Part shown: one piece after another, positions 12,808-26,286 of the stretch
Layout: the number at the start of each line of letters is the position of its first letter
Numbering within the stretch: the stretch's first letter is position 1
Source of the DNA: Picochlorum sp. SENEW3
Taxonomy: Eukaryota
Reading direction: 5' to 3'
Assembly (NCBI GenBank): GCA_034226945.1
Contig: CP120461.1
Span: forward strand, 372,001 to 436,000
Length of the DNA: 64,000 bases
Notes under the pieces: generated by a model
The model's input: only the letters and a program-made list of their open reading frames with translations
Databases searched by the model: none
What the model was told of the DNA's origin: nothing
Program-made: the position numbers and the translations under genes

Positions 12808-13242
12808 ATGGTCCGGTTTAAAAACAGATACCTGGTCTTCAACGTCACATGGAAAGATGGTCGCATTGACACCACCCAGCACGAAGGAACGATTCTGAAG
12901 AGTATTCGAGAAGGCATCGCATCCTTGTTTGGAGATGTGGCGTTGGCATCAGCCATGGCATCCTGCCAAGTCAAGTATTACAACCCATACACAGGGCTGG
13001 TCTTGGTTCGGTCTCGTCGGGAAGAGTATCGACAGGTGTGGGCCGTTGTGACGTGTATCAGAGAGATACAGAATAGAGTATGTCAGTTCCAGATGCATCG
13101 TGTGTCTGGGAATGTATCGCATGCTGTCGATGCTATTCGGCAACAGGAAGATGACCCCAGCAACAGGGATGCTGTTCGGGCAGCTGATGTAGAAAAAGCA
13201 ATCGCAGCGTATTCAGCCAAATTAGATACAATTGAAATGTAA
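12808..13242 (+). CDS. POP5: RNase P/MRP protein subunit POP5
   Basis: MVRFKNRYLV N-terminus, FGD, VKYYNPYTG, VSG; typical length. Confidence 0.9.
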   Translation: MVRFKNRYLVFNVTWKDGRIDTTQHEGTILKSIREGIASLFGDVALASAMASCQVKYYNPYTGLVLVRSRREEYRQVWAVVTCIREIQNRVCQFQMHRVSGNVSHAVDAIRQQEDDPSNRDAVRAADVEKAIAAYSAKLDTIEM

Positions 13243-13253
13243 TATAAATAGTA

Positions 13254-16200
13254 ATGAATTGGAATGAGGCGAATTCGCCAGAGATGGGAGGGAATGACTG
13301 TACGCTTGTTCGGAACAGAGGCGTTGAAAACGAACACCGCTGTTGTTACAGTGGGTTGAGTGGGAGTCCTCCGAGCTGTTCTCCAGTTGATTTTGTTGTT
13401 CCTGGATTGGATGGGTTTCATTTTATTGTATGGGGGACGGATGAGGGTCTTGTTCAGGTTGGGTACTATCAGGTTGGTCGACATGTGTGCTCTTTTTGTC
13501 TTCTTTTGATGTGGCAGTATCTCATGTTTATGTATATATGTGTTTCTGTAGACATGTGATGCCGAGTTGTCGAGTAGAGGGGTCGTGGACGAGCAAGGTG
13601 GAGAGTCTAGGACTGGAGGAAGAAAGGATATTAGGGTGGTGTTGGGGCTGCCCCTGATGGCGTGTGGGAAAGAAGGCAAAGGACGGATTCGGCATGTCGA
13701 GTATGGGGGTGGACCTCATGCGTTGGTAGTTGCTGTGACGGATGAGACTGTGGCTGTGGTTCGGTTGGATTGGATGTTGCATGAGCTCATTTTGTTTCAG
13801 GATTGGCTGGGGAATGGGGTGGAGGCCGTCGAAAAGTATTTGGTCTGTCGTGTGGATCGATCGAGTGGTGGGAATGTGCTGGGTGTGTCATGGACGCATC
13901 AGTTGGATGGGATTCTTGTGAGCGACTCCATGTGTGGGGTGCAGATGTGGGAATTGCAGAGTAGTAGTCATGGTCTGCGGTTGTTGTGGAGTGTTCGTGC
14001 AGACGAGCCTCAAGATATTGTAAGCGCAGGAGTGCGGGTGACTGCTCCGTGTGCTACGGCGTGTTCTGATGGGGAGTCAAATGTGTCAGTGTGGTGGTAC
14101 AAGGATGGGGAGGTACGGAGAGAGAAATTGAAACATTCGAGTCGGTTGAGGCGGGTTGAATGGAGTCCTGGTGTGCTTCGAAAGGATATATTGGATGATA
14201 TGCATCCAGAAGATGATCAGGCGGCAGAAGGGCTTGTGCCAGAAGATCACCCTGCCATGATGACCCTGGATGAATCTGGGACTGTGCGGGTGTGGGTTGA
14301 GATGCTTGTGATGCATGATGGCGCGGATGTGTCGGCGTGTGATAGTTATTTTGCAATGACGCTCGTGGTGTGTTCGCCAGAGAGTGCTCCTCATGCATCG
14401 GCTCCCTTGGGAGGGGAGCGTGCAGCAGAGTTTTGTACATGGGCAAAGCCAATGGATAGTATCATGGGGAAAAGCACGGATTCGAGTATGAAATCTAATG
14501 TGTTGTGGTTGGTGGTTGGGTGGCAAGGAGATGATGAAAAGACTGTTGGATTGCCACGGCTGTCTCTGTATGCTGTACGAGGATTGGCAGCAGTGGTGGT
14601 GTCAAACTTCACTGGTGCGCTCTCTGGATCTCGCGAGACGCATGGATCTGGCTCAAAGCGGAGGCCCCAGGTTGTTTTGTGGGGTGATCATGTGTGGAAC
14701 ATGGGGAATCGTTTTCGGTTTAAAGATTGCGTAGGACATGCAGGCATGTCAACGTTTTCTGCTCGGATGACGTTTGGGGAAGATTTTCCCAAAGTGAGTT
14801 GCTTTGCAGCATCTTGTGATACTTCTGTGCACCAGTTTGATATTGCTGGGATTACGATGATGACCTCGTTGACAGAGGGTCTCCCTAGCTCTCCCACAAG
14901 TGTCCATCAAAGTTTGGATATTTGTCACACGTGGAATGGAACAGGGCATATGCATTCGTGTCCAGTGATTTCCACATGCGCTTCAAAACGCTTTGTTGCT
15001 TCTTTGGATGAAGGAGGGCGTTTGATTGTGTGGAAACATGGAGACTCGCTGCAGTTTTACAGTTGTATTGATGTTGGCGTTGTCCCTGGTAGAGCATCCA
15101 ATGTTTCTATGAAGTTGTTTAGGTCACATAACCATGCATCGATGCATAAGAAAGAGAGTCTTGTGATTGTGCTCGAGGGCGGTGATATTATTGTTCTGTG
15201 GCTCATGGTGTCAGAGCCAATCATTGCACCCATGCTGAGGGATGTGCGTAGACACAAGAGTGCAGGGATGCTGCAATGTATGTCGATGTCGTCTAGTAGA
15301 GAATGCGAAACTCTTTCTTTAGTGTATCAATCACATGAGGATGGTGTCGTGGTGGAAGAGTATTCCTTGCAGGCAGTAGCAAAAGATGATCAATTCTTGC
15401 GGATGGAGCTGTTGCAGAAGATGCCCATTACAACTGATGTTGCCATCGGAGATGACATAATTTGCATTCGATATATGTCAAACTATTTGATTGCAGCAAC
15501 ACGGGCTGGTAGGATATTGTATGGAAAGGGCAACTCATTCAGAGCCATGCAGAATTTTGGGACACTGGCAGCCTCATCGTGTCTACGAATGGAATACGAC
15601 GAAAATCATAGATTGATATCTATGTTGGATGATAGAAAATTGTCTTTAGTAGTGATGCGGGTTGAGCATACCGGGGATGAAGAGGATTATTTTGTTTCTG
15701 CATGCGGTGAGATTTGCAGCAGCAATGGCTCGATTGAGTCATTTGTTTGGATGCATGAGGAGATCACGCCTTGTATAGCAGTGGCATTCTCAACTGGAGT
15801 AATTTCATTGTATTCGTTGAGCAATTCGTCGTTCGACACGTGGAAACAAGTGGGAGAGTTTCAGGGATCACTCAGTGAGCATCCTATTTCACTGCAGTAT
15901 GTCAAATCGTGTCTTGTTGCTCAATGGGACAGATCCATTGGTGTGATCAACAATACGCTTCTAGAGCATGATAATATGTCTGTACAGCTTGGAAGGTGCG
16001 TCTGTTTTGAGAATAATGTGGTTGTGTCGAGAATGGTATATTTTATTGGTTGTGACTATCTGTAGAGTACTTGTGAAGAATGCTGGCCCTATACCCCAGT
16101 ATCATCCACGATTTTTGCAATGCTTGATATTTTGTGGCCAGCTTGAGACTTCTTTCAAGATTTTAGATGTATTTGCGTCGTGGATGGAAAGTTTACGACA

Positions 16201-19200
16201 AGGTGATTGTTGCTCTGAAGACTTTGTCCTCTCCCCAAAAATCTCATCAGCTTCTGGCGAATCTTCATTGAACAATTCAAACGAATATGATGTTATAACA
16301 AAAGCATTTCCATCGGTTAGAATGAATGAATTAGTTTCTCAGAATTTTATGAGACTGCCAGAGATGCTCAGGTGCTTGTTGGAGAAATGGAAAACCAAAC
16401 CCGAAAATTCCAGCAGAGAAACTTTGTCGAATTCTGAAAATGTGCTCATCACTTCTCAAAGCGAGAATGGCATGTTGGACATGAGTACCTTTGGTATGGC
16501 TCCACCTGCAGCGGCTGCTCAAGAGCCAGCCTTGGCCCAGGATACAGGCATGTTGGATATGAGTGCCTTTGGTATGGCTCCACCTGCAGCGGCTGCTCAA
16601 GAGCCAGCCTCGGCCCAGGATACAGGCATGTTGGACATGAGTGCCTTCGGTATAACTCCATCTGTAGAGGCTCACGATGCGCGACCGGAGAAGACAGAGC
16701 CAGATGCAGGAACATTCAAGGTGCAGGCATCAAAAGCAGTGCCTGTGTCGACATGCCAGGCCTTTTTTACTATTGTGAACCGAATTTTGATGTTGATAAA
16801 GAGAGAAGGTAAAGAGTTGAATGAGTCAAGTTTTGCGAATGGGTCTGAATGTGATCCTGTGCCAGGACTGTGTGTGAGTGAAACAAATACCTTAATCGCT
16901 GCTTTGACAAGGACTAGAGAAATTTTAAGCTCGATAGATAAGGATATCGAGTTGACAACGCTGATATATTTATTCTGCTTAGCGTGGTCAACGAATCAAA
17001 CGATTGAATTCGTGAGAAATAAGACGAACGTGCTTGCCAGAGATAAACCAGCTGACCGCCTTCTACGTCCAAAGAAGAGCATCAGAAACGCAGCAGGAAT
17101 TGAATGGGATCTCAACACAGCACAAGATGAGAGCAGGGAAGAAAATTCTATCCAGTCAGTGTTGAATAAAAAGTTGGGCTTGGGTGACAATGTCTCAGTG
17201 CAGTCAGTCATTTGGCTATGCTTGTCTTCTTCGGCCCCAGATTCGTTCCCAACCCTGAGGCAGTTCATTACTACTTCCCAGAAAAAACCTCAAGTCGTAT
17301 CTGGAATAGAAGATTTCAAAGTAAGGCCAAGATCCCAAAACGTTATAACATGGGAAGATTTGAGAAGTTCAGGGATTGCATTTTGGCTCAGAGATAAAAG
17401 GCAACTTGCAATCTTGGTTGAAGACACATGCAAGAATATGTTTCGAGAGTCGAGAGATGCCGATGCAGTTGCTTTACTATATGCAGCCATTGGAAAGACA
17501 TCCATTATCTCTGGTTTATACAGGACGTGCAATCGAGCAAAGGAGGCAGAATTTTTTGCAAGGGACTTTTCCCAGGCAAGAAACCAGCAAGCTGCATGCA
17601 AAAATGCGTTTGTTCTTCTCGGAAAACACCGCCATTCATTAGCAGCTACATTTTTCATCCTTGGTGGCAAATTATCAGACGCGATTGAAATCTGCGTCCG
17701 TGATTTAGAAGATACTCAATTGGCCATCATCCTATACAAACTGCTAGGCAATCCACAATCCATTGATATGCGCAAGATACTGGATGAAATATTCCAACGG
17801 TATACTGACCTTGTCTCAATACAGTTTTTAAAGGCATGGATCTTGGAAGATATTGGTGCCATTATAGACTGTTCAGTCGCTGCAAGCACAGGATCAGAGA
17901 GTTTTTGGTTGTTGCCCGCTCTTTCATTTCTGGTAGAGCAGCTTACTCATTCTGAACCGACAGAGATGGACCCTCACGTCGTGCTTGAATCTCTCCAAAA
18001 AACATGTATAAACACATCAGGCACACTTTACAGGAATGGTGTACCCGCGCTGGGACTTCAGTTTGACATGATTGCATCAATGTGCTTCCCGTTGAAGCCA
18101 TTCAGGAGATGGAAACAAGATGCCTCACATGCTTGTGCGCATGCCCTCATGGAAATGCCAATTGAGTGTATTCCTACCGTGTACACTGAAAAATTCTTCA
18201 GCGAAAGAATCCAGGATTATATTGATTCACTTGAATCGTTGCAAGCAGCTGGTATCAAAGTATCAAGCAATGTTGTTCTCCACACCATTGGAGAAATTTA
18301 CAAGAGGCTTGCGCAGCATCAGTCACTCCTTTTCACAGAACAATCCAAATCATTAGATACCATCCAATTGGGAAGATCAAACTCCATTGATGAACAAAGC
18401 TGCCATAGTGGCATTTCATCTATGAAGAGAGGCTCTTTGGATGACAGCAAGGAATTGGCCAGAATGCTTGCGAGGTCTCAAAGAACACTGGCAATCGATG
18501 ACTCTCCTGAGCAGATTGTCTATCCAAAAGGAGTGGAAATATTCTGTGTGAACGGAGACACGACATATTCTATATGCAGCTGTCCATTGCTCGCCCCAGA
18601 CGTATGTGGCAGATTGGTGGCAGTCTCAACATCACGGAATGGGATTTTAGAATTTGCCACCCACCCTGATGTTGAGGTTCCGGGAGAGCCATTTCCAGAC
18701 CGCAATCATACAAGCATAGAAGCGCACGCTGCATTTGATCGACAAACTCCAAAGGGCGATTCAGGGAGACACAGTGGCTTGTTCACCAGATTTGTGTCCC
18801 AAATATTCGACCAGGCCACCTGGATGACAGACCCACTTGAAGATGCATCTCACATCATTGACGGAGATGTAGGATTGGCAGTAGCATCTGCCATATCGTC
18901 AGCATCGAGTAAAAATTTAGATAGTGACTCGTCAAAACAACCGCCGTTGGCAGGTGCCAAGACCACGTACAGTAAAATGCTGGTCTCTCACCCATACAGA
19001 CAGCTCTTCCTCAGCGGATGCAAAGATACTGGTAGAATCAAATTATGGCAATTCGATGGACCTAGACCTCTAGGAATATTCACCCCAGTACCCTACAAGG
19101 ATTTGCAAGATTTAAAGTCCAACCCAGACATGTTTTCATTCTCCTCCAAATTTGCCAGAAGCTCATCCCTCACATCACGCATGGGCCACTGGGGCAAGGC

Positions 19201-19960
19201 TGTTGATATCGCCTTTTCTGAAAACGGCGAGCGTTTCGCATCCATAGGTGAAGGCGGTGTTGTTGCGGTATGGAGAACATCGAGTACTATGGGCAGGCAG
19301 AGCGACATTGACGGTGCACACTGCTCTGAATGGTGGCAAACATGCCTGGACCAGCAAGGCCGTGCCGTCGCATTTGTTGGTGGAAGCTCCGTGGTGGTCG
19401 CAGCAGCTGGATCCAGCACCTCTGGAAACATATCCTTATGGAATATTACGTCATCCGAATCCTGCGTTGGACGATTACAACACCACAAATCGCCCATCAA
19501 CAGGCTCAAAACGCTCCCTGGAGGATGGCTCTTGGCTGCAGGAGACGATGCTGGAAATCTATCCGTCAGTGATGTACGGATGCTCGGAAGCTCCAACACA
19601 GCTTCAGTATTATGGACTACAAAAGCATGCAAAGGCACTCTTCGAGCTATTGACACAATCTCTCTCGATAGACCTGGAGAGTCAAGACGACAACAGCTCA
19701 TAGCCCAAACAGGAGTTGCCAATTGCGGCATCGTATCTGGTGGAGATGACGGTGTCATCCGAATCTGGGAAGCTAGCAGTGGTAAACTGATACAGCAAAC
19801 CATCAGTCCCCACGCATCTTCAACGCCAAAAACAAACAGAATCCTTGCCTTGGCATCTGGAGACCCCCAAAAGTATGGCATTACAGATTTGACAGTCTCT
19901 GACGAAGGCATCATGAGCACTGGAACAGACGGCATCGTTCGATTATTCCCTAGACTATAA
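13254..19960 (+). CDS. RAVE subunit Rav1 / DmX-like (rabconnectin-3 alpha) WD40 protein; exons 13254-13472, 13552-15995, 16066-19960
   Basis: Rav1 C-terminal motif FFARDFSQARNQQAACKNAFVLLGKHRHSLAATFFILGG..SDAIEIC...LEDTQLAI, with WD40 repeats on both sides. Introns join the frames correctly. Start codon uncertain. Confidence 0.85.
16469..16664 (+). repeat. Coding tandem repeat, 78-bp unit x about 2.5 (GMLDMSxFGMAPPAAAAQEPAxAQDT)
   Basis: Units start at 16469, 16547 and 16625 and are nearly identical at DNA level. Confidence 0.95.
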
Positions 19961-20038
19961 TATTTTCATATTAGTATGTTTAATATCTATTTAAAATAGA
20001 GAAAAGTGGGTCAGAAAACGACATTACAGACTCTCGTC

Positions 20039-20978
20039 ATGCATCGGCAGGATGGCAGAGGTCCTGAAGAATTCCGCCCAGCTTGTACGCTTTCGATCAA
20101 TATCTGCGCATATGTAAGCATAATTTACTTTTTTAATATGAAAAAATGCAGGTTTGCAGCAAGGAGTGTTGACTCGAGCTCAAGGTTCTGCTTTTGTTGA
20201 ACTAGGCAGAACCAAAGTCATGGTTGGGGTCTTTGGACCCCGAGAACACACAGACCAAGGGAGAGAGCCCTACTCATCTGTTGGTCGTACGACTGTGGAT
20301 GTTAGTATTGTTACATTTCCTCGCCGACCCAAGATGGGACCTAGAAAGACGAGAGAAGAAGTTCACTTGGCATCTCTTGTCCAGGAAGCAGTCACGAGCT
20401 CCATTCTGCTGGATAGATTCCCCAAGCTCTTTGTGGATATCAACTGTACTGTATTAGAATCAGATGGATCTGTGGCAACAGCTCTCATTCTGGCAACAAG
20501 TTTGGCACTTGCGCATGCTGGGATTGAGATGAAGGATACCGTGTCCTCCTGTACAGTGGTATGTTCTCTCTGTCTTCTTTATCGATATATATTTTCACGC
20601 ACATTTCCTTCTGATGCTTGATTGATTGATCAGTCTCGAAGAAAGCGTATATATATCATTTCTGCATCATAGATGTATACGAAATACCCATCCATATATA
20701 TACATATGCAGTGCCTTGAAAAGGGAGGGACAGGGTTGTTTATTGACCCAGATGGTGATGAAGAAAGAAAGAGTTCTGGAACAGTCATAGTAGCAGTCGC
20801 CCCCGCCTCGGGACAGATGACATACATTTCCTCATGGGGATCTTGGACGGAGGATATGATGCAGAAAGCCATCCATATGGCGGTTGGTGGATGCATCCAT
20901 GTTCACTCTGAATTACAGAGGACCATGGTGCAGCAGGAGATGGATACAGAACCTGCCATGGCCCCTCCTGCTCGCTGA
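20039..20978 (+). CDS. Exosome RNase PH-like subunit (MTR3/RRP41-like); exons 20039-20084, 20152-20558, 20712-20978
   Basis: RQDGR...EFRP, AQGSAFVELGRTKVMVGVFGPRE, RFPK..VDI...VLESDGS, LALAHAGIEMKD, IDPDGDEE. Confidence 0.88.
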
Positions 20979-21032
20979 CTTTATAGTATTGCGTATGTAT
21001 TGATCGAATTATTTTTTATTTTTAATAAAAAT

Positions 21033-21773
21033 ATGGCATCTGTCGTCGTCATCGTGGCTGGATTGGTATGTGGGTACCTCGTCGTTGCGTTGCTTCGTGC
21101 CTTGTATTACCACCACGTCACCAGTCGGCGGCAGCTCTCCTCAACGCGACAAAAGAGCGCTTCGACCGACTTGAGATTGACATTAGAAGAATTATCAAAG
21201 TATAATGGGATGGATCCGTGTAGACCATTGTCAGTGGCGGTGCGTGGGCACGTGTATGACGTGAGCCAAGGAGTGGAATTTTATGGGCCAGGCAAGGCAT
21301 ATTCTGTGTATGCTGGGCGTGAGATTAGCCGCGCATTGGCCATGATGAGCCTGAATGAGGAAGACTGTAATGACAATATATCATCGCTGAGTGAGAAGGA
21401 AAAGGAGGTCTTGGCCCAATGGGAGAAGAAGTTTTCTCAGAAATACCAAAAGATTGGCACTGTGGTGCCATCCATGGACCTGCGTGTTGATGAATTGGCA
21501 GCCTATGACGGCCGTGATCCATCCAAACCCATGCTTCTGGCTATTCGAGGAGTTATATTTGATGTGAGCAGTGCCAAAGAGTTTTATGGTCCGACCGGCG
21601 CGTATCCCTTTGCTGGGAAGGAATGTGCACGTGCCTTGGCAAAGTACTCTGTTGAGATGGATGATTGTAGTGATCTCTTGGATGATTGTTCTGTGTCTGA
21701 GATGGACGCGCTTCGATCGTGGGAAGCACAGTTTCATAGTAAATATAAAGTTGTTGGTCATGTGATATCGTAA
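21033..21773 (+). CDS. Membrane steroid/heme-binding (MAPR) protein with two tandem cytochrome b5-like domains
   Basis: N-terminal TM, then two copies of L..ELxxYxG.DP..P...A.RG...DVS....FYGP...Y..AG.E..RALA...W...F..KY..G. Confidence 0.92.
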   Translation: MASVVVIVAGLVCGYLVVALLRALYYHHVTSRRQLSSTRQKSASTDLRLTLEELSKYNGMDPCRPLSVAVRGHVYDVSQGVEFYGPGKAYSVYAGREISRALAMMSLNEEDCNDNISSLSEKEKEVLAQWEKKFSQKYQKIGTVVPSMDLRVDELAAYDGRDPSKPMLLAIRGVIFDVSSAKEFYGPTGAYPFAGKECARALAKYSVEMDDCSDLLDDCSVSEMDALRSWEAQFHSKYKVVGHVIS

Positions 21774-21790
21774 CCCGCGTGTTCATAATA

Positions 21791-22297
21791 TTACAATGGC
21801 TTCTTCCTAGAAGGAGTAGCAGCCCTGCTGCGTCTCCTTGGATCCCGAGATGCCTGCAATGAGCGCAGTGCCTTGAGGTATTGCTTCATAATGCTATATT
21901 TATGACGACCAAGATGGAGAAGGTACTCATACGTGAATAAACCTGTCGTATGGAGGTCATCAAAGCAAAACTGGACTCCATATCTTCCAACCGGACGAAT
22001 GTCCATGATTCTGACATACTTTCGTCCAGACACCACGGAACTAGACTGCTTGACAGCAGCTGGACTCTGCGTCCGCAAGTACTCTGATGGGTACGAATAC
22101 GCCTCTCCAGAATCAAACGTTACCCGAACACGATTCTCTTTCGAATCATACATGATATCAGTCACTTTGCAAACATCCTGCTGTTGTGTGGAATATGCAG
22201 CCATGCATGATGTCCTTGCATCATCACTCAAGGACATGGTCCATTGGGAACAAAGCCCTCGCTGGAGTCGTATGCCACGAGCCAACAAGCCCATCAT
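21791..22297 (-). CDS. DUF971 / gamma-butyrobetaine hydroxylase-like N-terminal domain protein, probably organellar
   Basis: YPSEYLRTQSPAA, PVGRYGV.F.FDDLH.TGLFTYEYL; basic N-terminal presequence. Confidence 0.85.
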   Translation of the reverse strand: MMGLLARGIRLQRGLCSQWTMSLSDDARTSCMAAYSTQQQDVCKVTDIMYDSKENRVRVTFDSGEAYSYPSEYLRTQSPAAVKQSSSVVSGRKYVRIMDIRPVGRYGVQFCFDDLHTTGLFTYEYLLHLGRHKYSIMKQYLKALRSLQASRDPRRRSRAATPSRKKPL

Positions 22298-22697
22298 GAT
22301 GAATGTGCGTTGCTATTGTGCTTCTTGAACAACAACAAAAGCAGCAGCAGCAGTGGCTGGGTGAGGATATATATTTATCCTGCCTTTGAGCAACTCTGGG
22401 TTGCTTGTCAAATGCCCACCCCTTGAATACAACAAACACGCGGCGCGATATCTATAAATCTAGATTTTTATCACATTTGAACCACAGATCTAGCAGAATG
22501 AAACGATCGCGCTGAAATACAGGAGAAAGGGGAAAAAATAATTGCCTTTTTGAGAGATTAAATGTTGCGACACACGTGTGTTTTCTGGTCACGGCGAGTT
22601 TCTTATTTAATAATTAAAAATAGATATTGGAATTAAAAACAGATCATGCGTGAAGGGTTCCATACAGAATTGTTTTTATTTTGTTCGAGGGGCCATA

Positions 22698-25600
22698 ATG
22701 CATCGTATTACTAGAGCAGAGAGTACTCTGCATGGAAAGGTCTTTGACCGGTTTCCAATGAAGGCAGGGCCATGCAATGCTACTCGATTGGTAGGGTTCT
22801 TTCCTACCCGATACTTGGCGAATTATAACAGATGGATGCCATGTCTTGCTCGGATGAAGGCGTATAGGTTTCCAATCGTGGGTGCTTTGGCTTCAGAGAG
22901 GGATGGTTCAGGTCTGGGAGTGATCTTTCGGGTGAAAAAGTCCGTGAAATATGGGGAACACGTGCGACTTGTCGGTAGCTCGAGATATTTGGGCACATGG
23001 AATGTGGGGGGGAGTAAAGGTGACATGGTGTGGAGTGAAGGGGATGTTTGGGAGGTTTCAGTGCCTGTTGAAGAGTGTCAGAAGGAGTTTGAATGGAAAT
23101 GTGTTGTTCTGAATTCACAGGGGGATGCGTCTTGGGAGGATGGAGATAACCATATATCTACGGATGGAGGGCTTGTGGAAGGAAGTACTGTGACGATAGA
23201 GTGGGGTGAGTCTGTTAGTGTGTCTTTGGGGAGTCCATCACCAGAGGTGAGACAGGCAGAAGAAACTGAGAGCTCCATACCTGCTGCGCCGGACATGTTT
23301 GAAAAGCCCATGTCAGAGAAATGGTCTGGGGATGACATTGTCTTCATGCAGTCGAATGAGCACCGTCGGGATCGTGCGGGCGTGTGGAACACAGAAGGAT
23401 TGGAAGGAGCTGCTCTTGCGTACGTCAGTGGGGATAGGGATGCAGGGAGCTGGTTGGGGAAGTTGGAGCTTGCCAAGACAATTATTGTGGATAAAAAGGT
23501 GAATATGAGACCTTCAATAGATACGCTGGCCTATTCATTTGTGTATTTGACATGGGTTTCAAATGGGTCAATACCATGTGTTGATAGTGGTGGGCATCGT
23601 AGACCAAATCATCATGCCAAGTTGAGTCAGCTCATATTTCGAAGTTTAGAGTGGGTAATTGGAGAGAGACAAGGAACTGCCGATGCTCTGTTTGCACGTA
23701 GAATGCACACACGTATTCCATCATTTACTGATGAATTTATGCAGAGCACACCATTGACAAGGATCAGAGATATAGCACATCGGAATGATATTCCCCAGGA
23801 TTTGAAGAGGGAAATCAAGCATACTATACAGAATAAGTTGCATAGAAATGCAGGGCCTGAAGATTTAGCGGCGACGGAAGCGTTACTTGGGAGGATTATG
23901 TCAAAGAGGGACGAATATAGTGCAGACTTTATTAGCGAATTGCAGTTGTTTTTGAAAGAGCTACGCGATTTCTTCAATGCTGGATCCCTGGAGGATGCTT
24001 TACTTGGATTGGGACCTTCTCTGGATGAAGATGCGAATAGATTAATTGGCAACTTTATATCAGCAAAGAAAAAAGTTGATAGTATGTCCGTGTGGGATGA
24101 CAACACTGTCATGGATTGTATGCATGCGGTCACAACTGTTCGGGCAGTGTTGTCGAGTGGACTGTCTGCTGGCCTTCGTAATGATGCGCCTGATAGAGCA
24201 TTGGTGATGCGACAGAAATGGAGATTGTCTGAGATTCGAGCAGAGGATTATATTTTCATGCTCCTCTCTAGATTTATTAACAATCTAGAGGACAAGGTGG
24301 GTTGGGTTGCTTCTGTATGTTTGGAGATGTTGTCACTGATGCCGATGTCTACAAGAGCTAATAATTCTTCTTATGATGCAGGGAGGATCTGAGTATTTGA
24401 AGAATGCTAATGATGGAGCATGGGCGCTGCCCATTGGAGCGATTGTGCTGTCATTGCGTCATATTGGCGTGTCTGGGTATATGCAGTCTGAATGCATGGC
24501 CCTCGAGAACGAATTAATGACGTGGCAACAGATGGGTGGATTTGCTCATCAGGATGAAGCGCGAAGAATCACATCTACTCTTCAAAGAGTCTTGCGATTG
24601 ACCGAGTCGTTTAGTTCAATGGTTGTTGACAGCCTCTATGCCCCAGCCACCCTGCTTGGATCTGCTCTCGGTGTACAGGAAGAAAAGGCAATGGGTACGA
24701 ATTTGAATCTATGTAGAACCTATGTATGCAACGTTTCACCATACCTTTGATTGTATGCAGTATTCTCAGAATCAGAGATTCGAAGCAATGTTGCATTCCA
24801 AACATCCAAACTTGCCACACTGCTCTTGAAAGGCGCGATGCAGGCTGCAAATATGCCACCTTGGCAAGTTATTTGCCGAGGTGAGTGTACAGGTACTCTT
24901 GTGAGAGTGGATGAATTATCTCCCAAGAGCATTGAAAGTCTATCTGATGTTGAGGGGCAAGTGATTGCTGTTGTGACAAGTGCCACAGGTGATGAAGAAT
25001 TGGTATCCCTTGGGGATAAACTTCAGGGCGTGGTGCTTCTTCAAGATATTCCACACTTGTCGCATTTAGGGGTGCGTGCCAGGCAAGAAAAGATGGTTTT
25101 CATAGCTTCAGACAATGCTGATGTTGCTCAAGAAGTTTTACAGCACATGGGATCGCTGGTGACACTATCTGCAACTGCAGAGAATATATCTATTCAATAC
25201 GGAAATGAGAGCGGAAACAGCCCTTCACGGCAAAGCCATGTTCCAACCTGTTATCCATCCAACAAAGGTGTCCAACCAGTGCTTGCCAAGCAGCCTTGTG
25301 TGATTCATCTGGCTGAAGCAGAACTGGATACATCTGGAGCAAAGGCCATGGCATGCAAGGAGCTCTTGCATGTGGCATGCGAGTGCTCTGGAGATACGTC
25401 GTCCAATGAATCCATGACATTTTTTCACGCCTTGGATGGCCTTGTGATTCCATATGGATCCTTAGAAGCTGTTGTAGAACAAAATGGCCTTCAGAGAGAA
25501 TGGCAGGAAAAGTTGGCTCGTCTACATGATATCTCCACATCTTCATCCGATTCAGGCGATTTGGAAACCATCTGCCATGACGTCCGACAGTTTATTCTTG

Positions 25601-26286
25601 ATCTCAAAATTTCACAAACACTTGCTGCCATGATTGAAGGCGTTTTCAAAGATGCTGATCAGGTGATTTTGAGATCATCAGCAAATGTTGAGGATTTAGA
25701 AGGGCTGTCTGGTGCTGGCCTCTATGATTCCATCACAAATGTCCCATCAACCAACCACGAATCTATTGAAAAAGCAATCAAGCAAGTATGGGCATCATTG
25801 TTTAGCAGAAGAGCAGTTCTGGCGAGAACCTCTGTTGGGATACAATCAAGGGATGCTCACATGGCTGTGCTAATCCAACCACAGGTGTCCCCAGAAATTT
25901 CATTTGTTCTTCATACAAATCATCCTTTACTAGAGCGCTCTATCCTTGCAGAAATAGCTCCAGGCCAGGGCGAAATCCTTGCTTCTGGAACCAGAGGATC
26001 TGGATGGAGATTGTCAATCAACACAGAATCCATATCATGTGATTCATTTGCAAACTTCAGCAATGCATTCTTTCCAGAAAGCAGCACAAACTCTACACTT
26101 GTTCTTAAAACAATGGATTATAGTAGACATGAACTAAGTTGCAGCTCAGATGCACGAGATAACTTGGGGAAACGCTTGGGTATCATTGGTACATTGTTGG
26201 AAAAGGTATTTGGATGCCCACAAGACATTGAAGGATGCATCATGAACAATCAACTGTATATTCTTCAAAGTAGACCTCAACCATAA
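22698..26286 (+). CDS. PWD: Phosphoglucan, water dikinase; exons 22698-24296, 24382-24694, 24761-26286
   Basis: N-terminal CBM20 (LVGS..LGTW, W..GDVW, WEDGDN), PLTRIRDIAHRNDIP..LK.EIKHTIQNKLHR.AGPEDL, phospho-His motif PHLSHLGVRARQEK, RSSANVEDL.GLSGAGLYDS, QDIEG, LQSRPQP. Confidence 0.95.

Noticed and set aside
16469..16664. CRISPR-like array
   Set aside because: Whole units repeat with no unique spacers, in frame inside a eukaryotic CDS, and there are no cas genes.
19093..19935. Long antisense ORFs (this 280-aa one, 6300-7031, 13083-13679 and others)
   Set aside because: They are shadows of well-supported genes on the opposite strand and have no motifs of their own.
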